A DNA stretch of 51,711 bases, counting the filler, from Sphacelaria rigidula (taxonomy: Eukaryota): assembly GCA_964200075.2 (NCBI GenBank). It is 4 parts of 4 records of this genome, joined end to end, with 100 filler letters (N's around TTAATTAATTAA, not from the genome) between each part and the next. Parts side by side here need not be neighbours in the genome. Positions count along the whole stretch, not along the records: positions 25,908 to 38,759 come from CAXNAA020003358.1; positions 38,860 to 51,711 come from CAXNAA020003359.1; 2 more parts are not named here. One strand, given 5' to 3'. The stretch's first letter is position 1. Every line of letters begins with the position of its first letter. The position numbers and the translations under genes were made by a program. This document shows positions 35,820-48,576 of the stretch, one piece after another. The notes under the pieces are model-generated. The model saw only the letters and a program-made list of their open reading frames with translations. It was not told the origin of the DNA and made no database searches.

Positions 35820-37930
35820 CTGGACTGGGCAAGGGACAAAAGACCTGTAGGACCAACTCAGGTATGTACGTACGTTTGCTACTTGCAAGCATTTTTACTT
35901 TGGTTCCATTGGTGTGCCTGTCACGATTAAGAATTCACAGTGCTGTAGTAGGGTGGTCCACTAGACATCATCAAGGCGAACAGGATGCGGGTTAGAGAGA
36001 GGACGCGGATTAGATTCCTGGCGTGTGTTTTTTTTTTTTCCAGGATCAAATTTTTTCCGTTGAAAGCGTGAGAACGTGAAGGGCAAAAAGAGTCTGGTTG
36101 AGTTTGTTTGAAAAGAGTTTGCGCGGCGCAGGAGTGCTGATCCAGCCCGCGATACCGAAACGCAAGGCTTGTACGAGCTGGGCCATCCAACGATGGGTTG
36201 TTTTCTCGCTCAGGCGACGCACGGCGCGATATTAGGAGTTGGACGCTGACATTTTGACAGCAGCTTTTCATGATCGACATGCAGAATCTTGGCACTTTTT
36301 TTTCGATCGAAAAAGTGCGGTCAAAATTTTGTTTGCCGATCTCATAGGTCCACCGCATTTATGTTTCTTGAAAGCTTCAACTCAAAATAATAATTAGCGG
36401 CGCACGGAGAAGAATACAACGAGTTGAAAAAATCAATCGTTTTCGATCGAAACATGCGGTCGAAAGGCGCGAAGCGGCACTTGACTCCTATCTTACAGAC
36501 CACCACGCCAAATAACACCCGTTCACAGGATCATGCAAACTCCATCCAACTCATTCTTAGCTACCACCGCAACCCTGCAGCATTGAGCACGAGTTGAGCA
36601 CAGGGATGGATACACTGTAGTAGTTGGGTGTGCCTTGTTTTTTTTTTGTTGGCGAAAACCTGCGCATCTCCTCTCATGATGGACATCAAGGATGGAACTG
36701 CGTGGTACGGTAGGCAACCGAGTTGCGTGCACGCTCATGGACAGTGCAGATAGTACAAAGCTCCACGTTGCTGGAGTCATTTTCAAGTCGAATTGTGAGC
36801 GGAGAGAACTGATAGTCCTGGGCTGTCTGCACTGCACGTTGCCCGCTTCTCCTTTATATCTTGCTGCACGAAACACGTACGCACGAACTCGAGACACCCT
36901 GCTTGCAAGCAGTGCAGACAGTACAGACTGTCTGTACTGTACACGAGTGACCATGTACCGTTTCACGAATTAAAGTGTCTTTTTTCCATCGAAAGTTTGG
37001 GTGTCCATCTGGACCCAACTGCATTGAAACGAGAAATTTTCGCTCAAATCGATTCCACCGTCTCATTTTTTTCATCAAAAAATATGTGCTGAGACAGACC
37101 CTGAGCAGCAAAGACGAGAAGAAGAGAACAGGGAGTTATGGGATTTGAAATTTCAGCACAACAAGATAATGTCATGAGACCAGGAAAAAATGAGAATCTG
37201 CAGCTGCTCACGGGACGTATCATTCCTTGGGTGCAAAAGATCTTCGAGAAATTTCAGCTCAAGAATCCTCGAATCGGGCCGTGCGCGTAACGTTTTGCGT
37301 GGTGCTGCTGCACCCCACTAACACTCAGTGCGGGGTGATTGCTGACGTTAATCCACCGCATAAAATAAAATAAAAACACTCGGACACGCTATCGCCCAAC
37401 GACATGAGGCGCACCCCGTACTCTATGCAGTACGATAACGTCATCGGCAACACGGCGCCAATCGAACAGCGACGCATCCCTTTGTCATCAGGTGGCTCCG
37501 CAGTTCACAGTGATATCCTTACATCAGTGTCATTCGGGAAACTGGGAAAGCTGTGATGTCAGCAACTTTTGGCGGCTTTTAAGCTGGCCCAGCTCGTAGC
37601 GGGTAGAGATGGGTTGACCTCTTGAAGCCGCGGACTCGTCCCGAGGAAGGTTTGAGTTGAAGGGGTGACGAGAATAAAAAATTATGTTGTGTGATTGTCG
37701 AATATTAACTAATCCACGACGGACCCAGTCGTGGTCACGAGATGGACGTACTCGTACCCAAGGTGAACAAAGTGGGAACATTCCCTGAAGAAGAAAGAGA
37801 AGAAACAAAAAGATGGAACCAGGCAACCAGAGTAGACTGAAAATAAGGGCATCAAAAACTGGAAAGGGTCTGCCTCTGCAACGTGGCTTCAGGTGGAGAA
37901 GGTCTTACACAAAAGCACATGCGCTCGTAC

Positions 37931-38052
37931 CCAATCGGAAACAAGAAAGCCGTGGGAACAGATTGCGTGTTACAGCTCCGTAGGGCCATTCTTAAACCGT
38001 AGACAGCGAGCGTCGCCTCCGAACAGTTTCTTAGGCTGACAATCGGAGACAT
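37931..38052 (-). CDS. Candidate first exon
   Basis: ATG TCT CCG ... ATT GG|gtacga encodes MSPIVSLRNCSEATLAVYGLRMALRSCNTQSVPTAFLFPIG. The upstream region is GC-rich and has a CCAATCAC motif at ~38200. Confidence 0.3.
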
Positions 38053-38759
38053 TCGGGGGTTTCCAGTGGCCGGCGGGGGGGGGGTGTCTGTCCGCAGCCC
38101 AGCCGAAAAGTTCACGAAGTCAACTACGTGTGTGGAAGTTTCCCGCGGAAGATTCCGAGCCGGAAACGAGGCCCGAGAGGCGCGGAATGAACGTTCTGAC
38201 CAATCACGGTCGTCGAAATGAGCACATCGTTCCCCTACAGGTGGACTACTTCACTGTCTATCGGCATACTTCCTCTGTTTCAAAAGTCTGGGCACTTATG
38301 GACGTTTAATCGTTTGCGCATTCAAACCCTTCCGATTATTCTATAGTTGGGTTCGTTGGAAAGATGAAACGCCGACGAAGCTGATGCAAACAAAAAAAAA
38401 AAGTCAGTGATCCATACTAAAATGACGTCAAAACATGCCCATTTTGGCCCATTTTTGGTCTCCACGTATATCCCAATTCAGACCATTTTTGGACGTTTTC
38501 ACGTCAAACACTCGTGATTACATGTTGAAAATATGTTTGATGGGGCCTGCGTAGGTTAACGTCACGGAGGTATCCAAAATCACTGGTTCTTTTGCGATTT
38601 TCACGGTTTTTCGCGATTTTTCGTGTTCCCTGGTCCCCCATGCTTTCTGGGAAAAAAAGCGAAAAATTGCCGCCATTTGGCCCACCTACTTTTCTCGACC
38701 GCGAGACTGCACGCGTCGAGCACCCACGTTGTAGAAAGAGTGTTGTTTTTAGCTCAAAA

Positions 38760-38859
38760 NNNNNNNNNNNNNNNNNNNNNNNNNNNNNNNNNNNNNNNNN
38801 NNNTTAATTAATTAANNNNNNNNNNNNNNNNNNNNNNNNNNNNNNNNNNNNNNNNNNNN
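38760..38859. other. Artificial 100-nt contig linker
   Basis: N44-TTAATTAATTAA-N44. Confidence 0.98.
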
Positions 38860-38869
38860 CGGCCGGCGG

Positions 38870-38914
<45 letters not shown>

Positions 38915-39144
38915 GGAGGGGGAAAATATACCTTTGAGTATGTAGAATATTTCTCTCATCTGCCGGCCTACTCACTGCACATGAGGATTGCCTCACCCCG
39001 CAGAGAAAGTGTTCGTCGATCGAATGGTGATTTGATGTCCTGTGTTGCCATATATTGCACGGACAGGGGCTTGAGACAAACTCTTATGGAATGAAACTGA
39101 ACTCCAGGAACCAACATTTTTCGACGTTTATGATTATCAATGTT

Positions 39145-40135
39145 TCCTGTCATTAGTCCGATCTCTCGAACTCGGGGTTACAGACGTAGGCTCGTCTTTC
39201 CAATACCGTCGCCACTGTTCCTTACGAGGCGTAGGGTTCTCATCGTTTCTTCTGACACCCCGGACAAAAACATGAACGAAACAAAAAGTGACAATAAAGC
39301 CAACTAGAAACTAGAGAGACGCCATTGAAGAAAATGATAAATAGCTGCCCCAGAGTCATCGGGGCGAACGAGAAAATAAAAATTCAAGATCTTCTAATAA
39401 AGAATACCGGCAGAAGAGCGGAGGGAAAGGAGAGAAAATAAACGAGAGATCAAAAGAGGGCATTATTATGGCAACCAAGCAAGGGTCAACTCAACAGCTT
39501 GAGAAAACCTCGTAGACAATCACCAAAGTTGTCCGGCAAAAAAGGCAATTTCACCACGAGTAGCGAGTGTACTACGCGACGGGTTACTGGTTACTTTTCG
39601 GAGGTCCTTGATAGGCTCTGACGAAAGCCCAGTGGTAGCATAGCAAACAATCCCTTCGCATGGCGTGCTTAGGTCCCGACTATCATGTATATCTTATAGT
39701 AGTCCCCTCCTCGACAATCGGTACCATTCTGAAACATCTTGGACAACCTGCGTCCACGATGTCGCGCTTATTCTGAATTTGGAACAGTAGTCCTTGACAC
39801 GGTGTTATAGGCGTCTTGCTGGTCGGCCTGCTCTCGTCTTCCCTCCCATCGTCACTCCACGTGTGACGATGTTGAAGAGGCATTCATCGTGCATGTGCAC
39901 AACGTGGCCGGCCTGCAGGAGGATTCGTCTCATCACGGTAGCTTCGATGCACTCGCAGCTAGTTCTTTCGGGGACCTCGTGGCATGGCAGCATGTGGTGG
40001 TCGGGGGCTCTGCAGCTTGAGGTATACGTGTTGAGACAATTCAGCTGGAAACCTCGATGGGCCTGCCGTAACGCACCGACATTGTCCTGTGCACTCGTTC
40101 AGGTCACGCAGCCGTGCAGCATACCTCCATCACTT
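39145..40135 (-). mobile_element. 5'-truncated, decayed RTE-clade LINE
   Basis: It is colinear with 5960-6905 and encodes MLPCHEVPERTSCECIEATVMRRILLQAGHVVHMHDECL...AGRPARRL. Confidence 0.85.
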
Positions 40136-40199
40136 CAGTATTCAAAAAACTAACCTTGGTGGCCAGGGCAGAAGGCATGACGTGTGGTGATCCAGATTG

Positions 40200-40700
40200 G
40201 AGTCATGCTTGGGCGACGGCTGGAGTCGCGTGTAGGAAGTCGGAAACTACTCTAACCAAGTTATTATAATGAGGTATGCCTACACCCTGAACACGTGCTA
40301 GATTATTCGAAAAAGGCTTCGGTACATCCATTCGATTCTCTAAGGGAGAGCTTTTACAAGACATTGAAATATGTTTTGCCCCCACAATTTCAAATACGAA
40401 CACCTACGATTTTGTGTGTTGAACGGATAATATCCCGAATCTTCACGGTACTATTTGACGAACAGTCTACCTGAGAGAACGCTTCCTCCCTGTCCTTTCG
40501 GTTACCGGCGAGCACAACTGGTTCAGTTCCTACATCAACGGTCTGAGCTGAAAAGTGCAGCGATCGTTGTTCAAAAGAAGATTTCGAGATTCATTAGTCC
40601 GTCTGGTTCCTTAGCTGATGGGTACCACTTGGGAAACCGAAACATACCTAAGGGTATACTATAACTGATGAGTCGGACAATCACGAATTACCAAGAAGTG
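40200..40700 (+). mobile_element. Possible highly decayed Penelope-like element end with a hammerhead-like motif
   Basis: Weak peptide echoes (PNLHGTI, NIPKGIL*) are followed immediately by ctgatgagtc-N7-cacgaa at 40665. Confidence 0.3.
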
Positions 40701-41573
40701 CAGTACAGAGGACACGGGAAATGTACAAGACAAAACTGCTGAAGGTGAGACCGGCGTGCGGTGTGAGCGTACCGAGCTCAACGTAGGGTGTGCTCCTCGA
40801 TGTACGGCCGCCGGCCCGTATTGTCGATTCCGCCGTGCCTTCTGCCCTAGATTGTCACTGTGAAGGATCACCGTTCAGCTCGCGCAATGTTCGGTCACTG
40901 TACATCGGTACAGTACGATAGTGCTTTTACATCACACGATTGTATAAGAAGATCCTGACGTCTGCAGGTCATTGTGCATGTTGGAGGGCAGTGATTCTAC
41001 GGTAGGGGTGCGTTTTAGTCCAAACGTTTTGTGAGAATGCATCCTATGGCCCAGATATTTGTCATCCAGAGGTTCCCGAAGTGCTGAGCCTCAGAGAAAA
41101 AGGGTGCACACCCACTGTGGAAGGCCTCAAGGGGGTAGGGGTGATTTGGGGGCACATCTATCTGCAGACGCCCAGTGTTGTTCTGGTTGTACAGATGCTC
41201 TCCTATCCTGCCTCTTGTGCCCCACGCCCCACACAAACGCTCTAGTGTAGATTACAAGGAGAGACATATTCACCGCCTCTCTCTTGGTTTGGCACCACCG
41301 CTATTCCCCATCGCCGTTAGAACAACTCGTCTCTTCCTCTTTTATTTGCAAGATTTCATTGAAAAGAAACGAATTCTTCAACAGAAGTCTTGGTCGACCG
41401 AGAGTTACCTGCCTGAAACTGATCGGTGGCATACGCAAAATTTCGATTTCACACCCATTCCTCGTCTTTGAATTCGTTCGTGATCTCACGAACAAATACT
41501 GTTTGGTCGCGACGACCAATATGCTGCTTTTGGACGCTTGTTTGCTTTCAATCGTTTTGAGCGCTAGGTGTCG

Positions 41574-41733
41574 AGAGTAGGCTACCCGTTGAATCGGTCT
41601 CAATTTCACTCCAGAAACGTTTACATGATCCAGATGGACTACCCTCAACCCGTGGACCGCGAGGGTAGCCCATCTAGATGATGTCAATGTTTCTGGAGTG
41701 AAATTGATGCCAATTCGATAGATGACCTACTCT
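41574..41733. repeat. 160-bp imperfect hairpin (MITE or miRNA-like)
   Basis: The arms are ~75 bp and include the perfect core tcaatttcactccagaaac / gtttctggagtgaaattga. Confidence 0.85.
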
Positions 41734-42164
41734 TGCTTATCACTGTACGAGAGTTGGTAAGTGCCTGGCCAGTGACACTCTAAGCTGTGTCGGGAGGAGA
41801 TAGCAGCGGTAGTCGTTTGTAACTACCCTTCAAGCCGGCGAAGGAGGGCATACCACCAGGTGAACTGAAAGCCACCCGCTACTGTGTAGTATATAAAATC
41901 GAGGCTGAAAACGTCAAATTGTAATATGGTTATCAGGCTGGGGACTACCTTGAACTCAGAAAACTCCATCTTATATTCTGTCTCTCCAGACCAGAGACAT
42001 GAAGCCCGTTCGCAGAGAAGAAGCTCAGGCTCAGCCTGATTCATGGTTTCTTGTCAAGATCCGATACTGCATACCGCTGTGTTTATGTATGTTTACAGTC
42101 AGTACTTCGGTAGCGTACACCGGCGATTGGGCCGATTTACCGGGTTTATCAGTATGCTACACAG

Positions 42165-42420
42165 TATAGCCTCTGCCAGACGATCTGGATAAGAGGACTT
42201 CCAACGAGAGGACTCCTCCAGTAGCACTGGCCTTGTGCTCAACAAGTTCTTTCTTCCAACTTGTTCTTATCTCCGAGTGATCCTCAACAGACCACATGGC
42301 GAGCCAGACAGCAAGGGGCCACGCAGATAAGGGCCATCAATCCAGGATCCCCTGTGTGCCACTGCATCCATCATGCATTCGATTATACTGAAACCTACGG
42401 CTTGGTATCACTTGGTTACA
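42165..42420 (-). repeat. 3' LTR
   Basis: It is a direct repeat of 46361-46597 (tagcctctgccagacgatct...gg(t/c)taca). Confidence 0.88.
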
Positions 42421-42514
42421 GCACCCTTGAAGTATGTATACTTGTAGAAAAAGAGCTAGACAAGCGAACGAGCTTGGCAACGAACAAGAGCAAGGCAAAA
42501 TCGCATGCGCCAGA

Positions 42515-43790
42515 TCACAAACAAATACCATACCCCGACGATAATTTACTGGTCAGCGCCCGAGTCAACATCATGTTACGCAGTTCCTTCGAAACAAATT
42601 CAGGCGCAGAAGAATAAATCTCGCAAAGAGATTCCCACTTACCTTCTTCAGCATCGGACCCATCCCAATCATCATTATCATCCTCAGCGACGTGAACTAA
42701 AGCATTCATCCGACGTTCACCTTGAGCATACGAATGCTGAAATACGGCTTTTCTTTCCGCAGTGATGTGCAACTGCAAGTCAGCATAGAAGCGCAAACAA
42801 GCGACATGGGCCGAGTGTACAGCACCAGACGCAATGTTCTGCTTGAATACACGTGAGCGTGATCGGCTTCGACCACTCGCCACGGACTTGTCCATGTGGA
42901 CATCAACTGTGGCGTCACACCTTGCCTACGAACACGGGCATACAATACGAAATCGCCAACTGCACACTTGGGCAACACAGCCTGGCCCTGAGCAAGCTTG
43001 CGTTTGGTTTCGCGCGACACCGCGACAGCAGCTTGCACCTCGTTACAAAACCGCACTTGCTCGTTAACCACGCCTCGAACCTTGTCACGCAACGAATCAG
43101 CATCCATGACATAAACGTTCCACCCGCCGCCAGTGACTGAAGCCAGCGCGGAAAACGCTGTACACGGCGCACGCCCAAACATCACACAATACGGAGTGTT
43201 ACGGTGGCGTTCACGAAAACAAGTATTCAACGCCCACTGAGCGGCTGGCAAAACATCAACCCATTCAGACACCGACTGTCGCTGTTCCGACAAAATAGGC
43301 CGCAACGCACAATTAACCTCTTCCACCATGCGTTCACAAGCACCATTCGACCAAGAGTTATATGCAACAGCAAATTGGTGCTGCACCTTGCGCGATCACT
43401 CGATTCTTGAAGGGCGTGGCGGTATCACTAACCCACATACGCGGCACCCCCAAAGTCTTGCACCAATGGAGTAAGTGCTTAGCCGTAACCTCGGCGGTGC
43501 AAACCTCGGTTGGGTCCAAGCAAACGAAATTGGACAAATCATCCATTATAACCAAAACGTACCAAAAACCATGCTCCTCAGGCAAGCCATTAGCACCTTC
43601 AGGCCCGCTGCTTCCGACGTACAGAAAATCAAAGTGAACAACTTCACCTGGCGCAGTACCATGCACAGTATCGCCATACGGACGACGTACAATCTCGCCA
43701 GCACAAGCGTCTACACAATGTAAACACTGGCGAACGAACTCGCGAACGTGCGAATCCATGTGAGGCCACCGATGTGACACACTCTTCGGG
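42515..43790 (-). pseudogene. pol: Integrase plus chromodomain relic
   Basis: The motifs are WPHMDSHVREFVRQCLHC, VHFDF, YVLVIMDDLSNF, VSDTATPF and WSNGACERM. The C-terminal EEGKWESLCEIYSSAPEFV is chromodomain-like. Confidence 0.88.
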
Positions 43791-44404
43791 GTTGAAAATT
43801 TCGTCAAGCAAAGCTAACAATGCTTCTTCGATTTCAGCAAAGTAAAAAACATCATCCACCCACACTTTGCAGTCTAAACCTCCCAAAATGTCAGTCAGCA
43901 CACCTTGAAAATACACCGTGGCGTTCAACACACACCCTGCGGGACACGAGTAGGCGTAAAAACCCCGTCAGGCGTGACGATCGTGAAGATCTCCCGAGCC
44001 TCCGGCGCCAGAGACACCCGCCACTACCCCTGTAGCAGGTGCAACTTGCCGAAGCATTGGGCTCCCAGCAACTTTCGCATGTCTTCTTGGCTTGGCATCA
44101 TCCCCGGAGACTGTTCCACTTGCGCGTTCACCGCTTGATAGTCGCTGACTAAACGGAATGGGTCCCTCTTCGGCACCGCCATCGCTGGACTCGCCCACAC
44201 AGCCTGGATGTTTCTAACCACCAAACCAAGCGCCACTGAAGCTGCGATGCATGAAGCAAGCCACCCGGTCTTCATCGGATCGTAACGTCTAGGCTTGGCC
44301 TTCACCATCTTTGCCTGTGGCTTAAGCTGCACCCTCATGGGCTCAACGCGCGCTGGCCGATCACCAAGCAGCGCACGACGAAATGTATCCACGCGACGAG
44401 CCAA
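43791..44404 (-). pseudogene. pol: Gypsy reverse transcriptase, N-terminal and core part
   Basis: The motifs are WASPAMAVPK, FRLVSDYQAVN, RVPQGVLNATVYFQ and KVWVDD, with an in-frame stop. Confidence 0.9.
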
Positions 44405-44583
44405 AATATCACGCAGACGATATGCGCCATCGGCGCTCAGGCCTTTCTGCTCTGCTGCACGCTATCCTCAAGCGCACGTTCTCTTGCAACTCTCTCCTCC
44501 GCAGGGTCCACGAACATGTCGGAGACCCGATCGACCAAGCGCTCCACCACTTCACCCGCAGGGGCCTACTCTTCATTGGCACC

Positions 44584-45000
44584 CTAGAAAAGTCGTATGG
44601 ATACGGTCACACGCCTTGCAGCAAGATAGCTGGGGTTTCCCACGCCGGTTTGCACCGGCACAGCACGCGGGCGTAACTTATTCAACGCCAGCGGGTACAA
44701 ATCAATCCCAAGCTCCTTCATCGTCGCCATCTCAAATAGAACCACGTTGTTCCTGCCGGGCATGACAGCGAAAGTAATGGGCTGCAACTGCACAGCCCCC
44801 CACGGCGTACGCACGCCAACAGTAATCGGCATCGCTTCATGTGTAACCGTCACGGGAGCACCCGTGGCGGTCTGTGCCCTTCGCGGTCCGTTTTCGAACG
44901 GAATCTGCAGCTGAGCGCCGCCAAACTGCGAAGACATTTATTGTAGCAACCCCACACCAATCGACGTGAGCGCGGACCCAGAATCCAGGAAAAAGCGGGA
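44584..45000 (-). pseudogene. pol: Retroviral-type aspartic protease relic
   Basis: RFFLDSGSALTSIG lies at ~44955-44997, followed by TFAVMPGRNNVVLF. Confidence 0.75.
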
Positions 45001-45006
45001 CATTAA

Positions 45007-46156
45007 CTAACCTACGGAATCAGGAACGGATCCTGCCTGGCCAAGGGGTTGCGAAGTATTCGTTCCAGCACTCCCCACCGACGTAGTTGCATTTCTCACG
45101 TACACTGCCCGCCCCGACACGGACGAACCACAAGATCCAGATTCACCATCTGATGGCGTAGTGGAAGAAACAGCAGCGGAGGAACCACCATCCGCCACTG
45201 ATTGCTTGCTACCGCGGCCGCCGCGCCCGCATCCCTGGTTGGCACGGCCCCGTGCCCCGTGATGACCGCCTCGAGATCCTGGTGAATCTCGCGGATTTCC
45301 CTGAGCCGCGCCTTGAGCGCGGGGCTTGGGGCAGTCCTTCATCACACGTCCGGTGTCGCCGCAGTTGTACGATACGCCAGTGGACGACGCTCGCGAAGAC
45401 GGCTGCTGCTTCTGTTGCTGTTAGTATTTGTGGCGCATACCACCTGCACTTGTTGCAGAGTCGTGCCGGCCATATCCTTCAATGAACTTCCACTGGTCGG
45501 CCGCCTCAAATATTTTGTTGAACACCACCGTCGGGCTTTTTTCCCGGCCGCCTCAAATATTTTGTTGAACACCACCGTCGGGCTTTTTTCCCAGCCGTCA
45601 ACATACATTCGTACACTTCTAACATATGCCTTGAATTCCAAGGGCGAAATCCCGTCAACTAAAGCTGTGGAAACCGACTCGGCCGAGCCTGGCAACCAGC
45701 CTTTGTCCTCCGCACGGTACATGGCTTGCACCGTGAGGTTTTCGGCGAAAAACGTTTCTATCGATGAATTGACCATCATCGCACGATCCTTGACGGATAT
45801 TCCACCGCTTTCCGCCGGCTGTTACAGCCGGTGCAGAGTCATGCTTGCCGCCGGTTGTGGTGTACCTGGCATGCTGCTTCACAGCATCTAGCAATTCGTC
45901 GGGGGTAATAGCCCGACGGTCCTTGTACATGCCTTCAACCTCAAAGCACCGGCGAAAATATTTTGGGATACGTTGTCCGATGCTCACCCTGGCACGCCTT
46001 ATCACTCCTTGTGCATTGGCCAATGGCAACCTCTCTAAATAGTTGAGATATTTGGCCCCAAAACCTTTTTGAGGCTTCCTCAGTCCACACTTCGCCATAC
46101 TTCGGCAGTTCCAGCGGCTCACTCAACACTAGCGGCGCTACTGCCGCTTGAGCCAT
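45007..46156 (-). pseudogene. gag: Gag relic
   Basis: Fragmented ORFs lie between the 5' LTR and the protease, with a decayed zinc-knuckle tail (MKDCPKP) followed by an RG-rich stretch. Confidence 0.65.
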
Positions 46157-46360
46157 GTCTAGGATTCACCACTTCACGAAGAGACTCTCGCCCGACTTAT
46201 GCGTCCTCCAGCCCACGGAGCGTCCTCCACTGCTGTGCACTGCAAGTACGCTTCAAGTTGGTCTCCTTCCGACTGCAGGCCAAGCTGGTTTCCAGCTGCG
46301 GCCCCTCTCCTCAGCCAAACTCCTCCAACAGAGAGTCGAAAAGAAATATTTAGATAATAA

Positions 46361-46597
46361 CATAGCCTCTGCCAGACGATCTTGACAAGAGGGCTTTCAA
46401 GGAGGGACTCCTCCAGTATCACTGGCCTCGTCGACAAATCCTTTATTTTAACTTGTGATTATACGGAGTGATCCTCAACAGACCACGTGACGAGTCAGAC
46501 AGCAAGGGGCCATCAATTCAGCATCCCGTCCGCTGCCACCGCTCCAACCATGCATGCGAATATATTGAAACCTACGGATTGGTATCATATGGCTACA
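46361..46597 (-). repeat. 5' LTR
   Basis: It is a direct repeat of 42165-42420. Confidence 0.88.
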
Positions 46598-48576
46598 GCA
46601 GTACTGTTTTTATCTAACATACTATCCTGACGGTGATGATATTTAGAGTGTCCAGGGAAGTAGAGCAACCCGACGACCGTTGTCTTTGCCCAACAATCAT
46701 TGTAATATAAAAAAGACATAGAATATTCCTATATACTTGACTATATAAGAAACATCCCGTCGTTACTTTCGGACAACGATAAACCAGTCTAAAAACGTCC
46801 GAAAAATCGTATGAAAGTATATCCCGATAGCAAAAGACTCATGTTGAAATTGTTATAACAAAACTGATCAACAAATACTGACAAAAACCAAGAAGTCTGG
46901 GGGGCTTTACGAGGTTTGTATACTCGCGTCTGCTCCATGCCCGCCCTGTCTCGATGAACTCGGATGCCGGCAACGCTTACACATATCTATGTACAACACA
47001 CGAGCGCACGGCAGCGACAGCCTGTAGGTAAACTAGCAACATCATCTCACGCCTCGCCAAATTCGCCTGGAGTACTAGTACTAAGCGGTGGGTAGTCGAC
47101 GCACACGACAAGGAACATGGTCTCATAAATGTACCCATGGTAGGTGATGGACTTGGAGGGGCGGTGTGTCCGTCATCTCAGCGGTCTCCATGCCGAGATT
47201 CTCTGTACACGGCACCTGACCGCATCCGCCAACGCCTCGGCAAAAAACTAGGGTGAAACGCCAAGTGGGATCTGGCAAACTACGCGGCCACCTTTCCTCA
47301 GGTCTTAAGAGTCTTTTAGATTATGTGGACGTAGTTGAGAAAACCGAACTGTCTCGTTTTTAGAGCTGTTGCGAAATTCGGTACATGTTGCAGTGACCTT
47401 TGTGCAGGCGGCAGTCAGTACAGCAGAGCAACGAAAACCATTCATGATCGGGTTTGCCTGCGGCACTGCCGCCAGCGTTGCGTGGAAACCACAAGACCTT
47501 TGCGGTCGGCGATTGATGGCGTGAGTGTCAAATGCAACGACATGTGGTTGATAATAGAGCACTCGTGTTCCTCGTGGATACCTCGTCCCGGCTTGTAATG
47601 CATGGCCTCCTCACATCGGAATTAATTCTGGAAAGCTACTGTACCGAGATGTTCCCGTGGGTGTGTTTGCTCCAGATTGCAGCATAGACGCACCCCTGCA
47701 CCACGCTAGCAACAGTAAGGTCACCACCACGGGTATATGTTTTCACTCCGCAGGTCAAGAAAGTCTCCACAAGTGTTTGATCTCTCTCACACCCACCCCC
47801 CCGCAAGTGGTCCGTGGCACGCTCTTCCGGAGGTACTCCCGGTATTTACCGAACGCGATACAAGATGCAGCAGCTGGTGCCAACTCACGCTGAGGCCAGA
47901 AGCTGGTGGAGCAGGCACGTCTTGTTTTCACAAGGTATTAATACCCAGATTCCTCCTGATTTTCGTGTTGAGATCAATTCGAGTGAAATATTGTCATGTC
48001 TGATGTTTTTGGTGTTTGGGTATAAATATTTGAGCATTTCAAGGTATACATTGTTCCATGTCGAAGATGAGCATCACACGCAATAATATTCAACGTGCGA
48101 GCAAACAAGCAGAAAAACAACGAAAATGAGGAAAAACAAAAAACATGAGGGGTCGCAGGAGGCATACAATTTACACGACAATATGACAAAATATAAATGA
48201 AATAAGCTCCCATATTTACACACCGTAAATATTGCGCAATTGCCGGGTGCTCTGAGTGAAAAAATACGACAACACATCGGGGGGCAAACCCTACTCTTGC
48301 GTACTACTGCACCTGCTCTCACGCACTACTGCAATACGTTGGTGCCAGGAATTACGGCTCCACCTCCTCGAAATGAAAATCGAATCATTCAATTTCAACT
48401 TGGCCCATACTACTGCACTATTTTCAGAGCGCTGCAGTCTCTGCACCCGCGTCAACAACCACGAGAATCACCACGCGGTGCCCATGATTGATCTATGGAT
48501 TGGGTATCTTACCCTGTCAGCTGATTGCAACAAATCCAGTTGTGATCAAGGTGGAGAGTATCAAAAAAAGGAAAAC

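Larger units (their letters stand above)
42165..46597 (-). mobile_element. Gypsy LTR retrotransposon with a probable chromodomain, internally deleted and decayed
   Basis: It has two diverged LTRs, the domain order gag-PR-RT-IN-chromo on the minus strand, and a possible 4-bp TSD (acag/gcag). Confidence 0.9.

Noticed and set aside
42402..42410. TGGTATCA as a Met-tRNA primer-binding site
   Set aside because: It lies inside both LTRs and on the strand opposite the ORFs. No clear PBS was found at the expected position.
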